A stretch of 60,424 nt of DNA, the filler included, from Bipalium vagum (Eukaryota), in NCBI GenBank assembly GCA_037834085.1. It is 3 parts of 3 records of this genome, joined end to end, with 100 filler letters (N's around TTAATTAATTAA, not from the genome) between each part and the next. Parts side by side here need not be neighbours in the genome. Positions count along the whole stretch, not along the records: positions 37,807 to 60,424 come from JBBMKC010219020.1; 2 more parts are not named here. One strand, written 5' to 3'. This document shows, piece by piece, positions 59,320 through 60,424 of the stretch; the first letter of the stretch is position 1, and each line of letters begins with the position of its first letter. Both the position numbers and the translations under genes were made by a program. A model generated the notes under the pieces. The model saw nothing but the letters and a program-made list of their open reading frames with translations, had not been told where the DNA came from and did no database searches.

Positions 59320-59990
59320 TGTAATTTTATAACACCCTTTAATTTACAGTAGGTCATCCGGAAAGTCCAGTGGATTTTTTTAAAATAAAATCTTTTTAAG
59401 TAAAAACTGTTGATATATAAGTTTTGTTTAAGTGAATTAATAAATAAAAATCCAGTGGTTGAAATAAGCGGCAAAGTATTTTTAATTAGAAAAAAATATT
59501 ATTTCGTAATTTTTTGGATATTAAGAAATGCACTTGTGTCAGAATCAAGAGCAACCTCTTTTGACCAATTTTGTCAACCATTGGGTTAACTCTCTTCATA
59601 ATACTTTCATTGACGGAAGTATGGATTCAGCTTCCACTTTATCGAATTGTTTTAATGTTTTCATTAAACACTTTTTTGATATTTTATGCTTGCTTTGGAC
59701 AAATTAGAGAAAAATATTGATTTTGTTACACCATACTAGCGAGTTAATCGTCTTTAAGAAACACCGACTTTATAAGATGCATTTTTTTCATCTTCTACAG
59801 CTGAATATTGATTGACGACCACTTTTTGATGTTCGTTCAACATTGACATTTTTGTTGCCATAGGATAGACAATTACTCGTGAAATACAATAGTCCAGAAA
59901 ATGTTTGACGCAAATAGATTTTGACCAACACGAAGATTTTCGAAAATATGTTTAATAAATGCCCGTTTTCTTCCACTTTCATTGCTCCAA
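59320..59990 (-). mobile_element. Possible decayed Tc1/mariner relic
   Basis: NVERTSKSGRQS (GRP-like linker) and a terminus resembling AGGGTGTT; weak evidence. Confidence 0.3.
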
Positions 59991-60334
59991 AATATATTAT
60001 ACCTTATATTACTATGAAAAGTCTTGTAGCACTATGCTTGTCAGTTTACTGACCAGTTTTACTGACTTTAGAAGACGATGGATCTTAGTATCGTTTAATA
60101 AACTGGGTCCAGTATGCTCAAAAACGCTCTAACAGTGAGACGCCCTTGGCTAACCCAACAAATATAAAAATTATATAACTGTCTTCAAATTATTCAAATA
60201 ATAAAGTCTCGTTTTACTAACTTGGGTCATGGTATGAAGATTGAATAATGAAAATAAGCTTTAATCAATTTATTAAATTTTCAGTTCAAAATGGCTGCAC
60301 TTTTTTAAAAAAATTTATTATTATTAATAGAATT

Positions 60335-60355
60335 ATTATTGTTATTATTTATTTC

Positions 60356-60424
<69 letters not shown>
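60335..60424. repeat. (ATT)n microsatellite at the window end
   Basis: Long perfect ATT run. Confidence 0.95.

Overview
Very AT-rich eukaryotic (animal) genomic DNA, most consistent with a flatworm-like invertebrate. That assignment is inferred from an NPY-type GPCR, 45-60 nt minimal GT-AG introns, (AAT)n microsatellites and dense mariner relics. The window is probably three unrelated contigs joined by an artificial 100-nt spacer (N44-TTAATTAATTAA-N44 at 16397-16496 and 37707-37806), so adjacency across those points is not biological. Host genes that can be reconstructed by hand: the 3' end of a USP deubiquitinase, an NPY/NPF-type GPCR lacking its first exon, a complete 7-exon Abl-interactor (Abi), an intronless divergent tetraspanin, the 5' part of LRPPRC, and a 5-exon multi-pass membrane protein (DUF7802-like). 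Intergenic and large-intron DNA is full of decayed DNA transposons (mariner DD34D, Tc1/Tc3-like, rosa/DD41D, Tigger/pogo, a Tc2-like MITE, Chapaev3-like) and Ty3/gypsy fragments. I found no convincing novel multi-gene system. The best unexplained candidate is a structured, apparently spliced GC-richer island at about 35.0-35.5 kb, head-to-head with LRPPRC.
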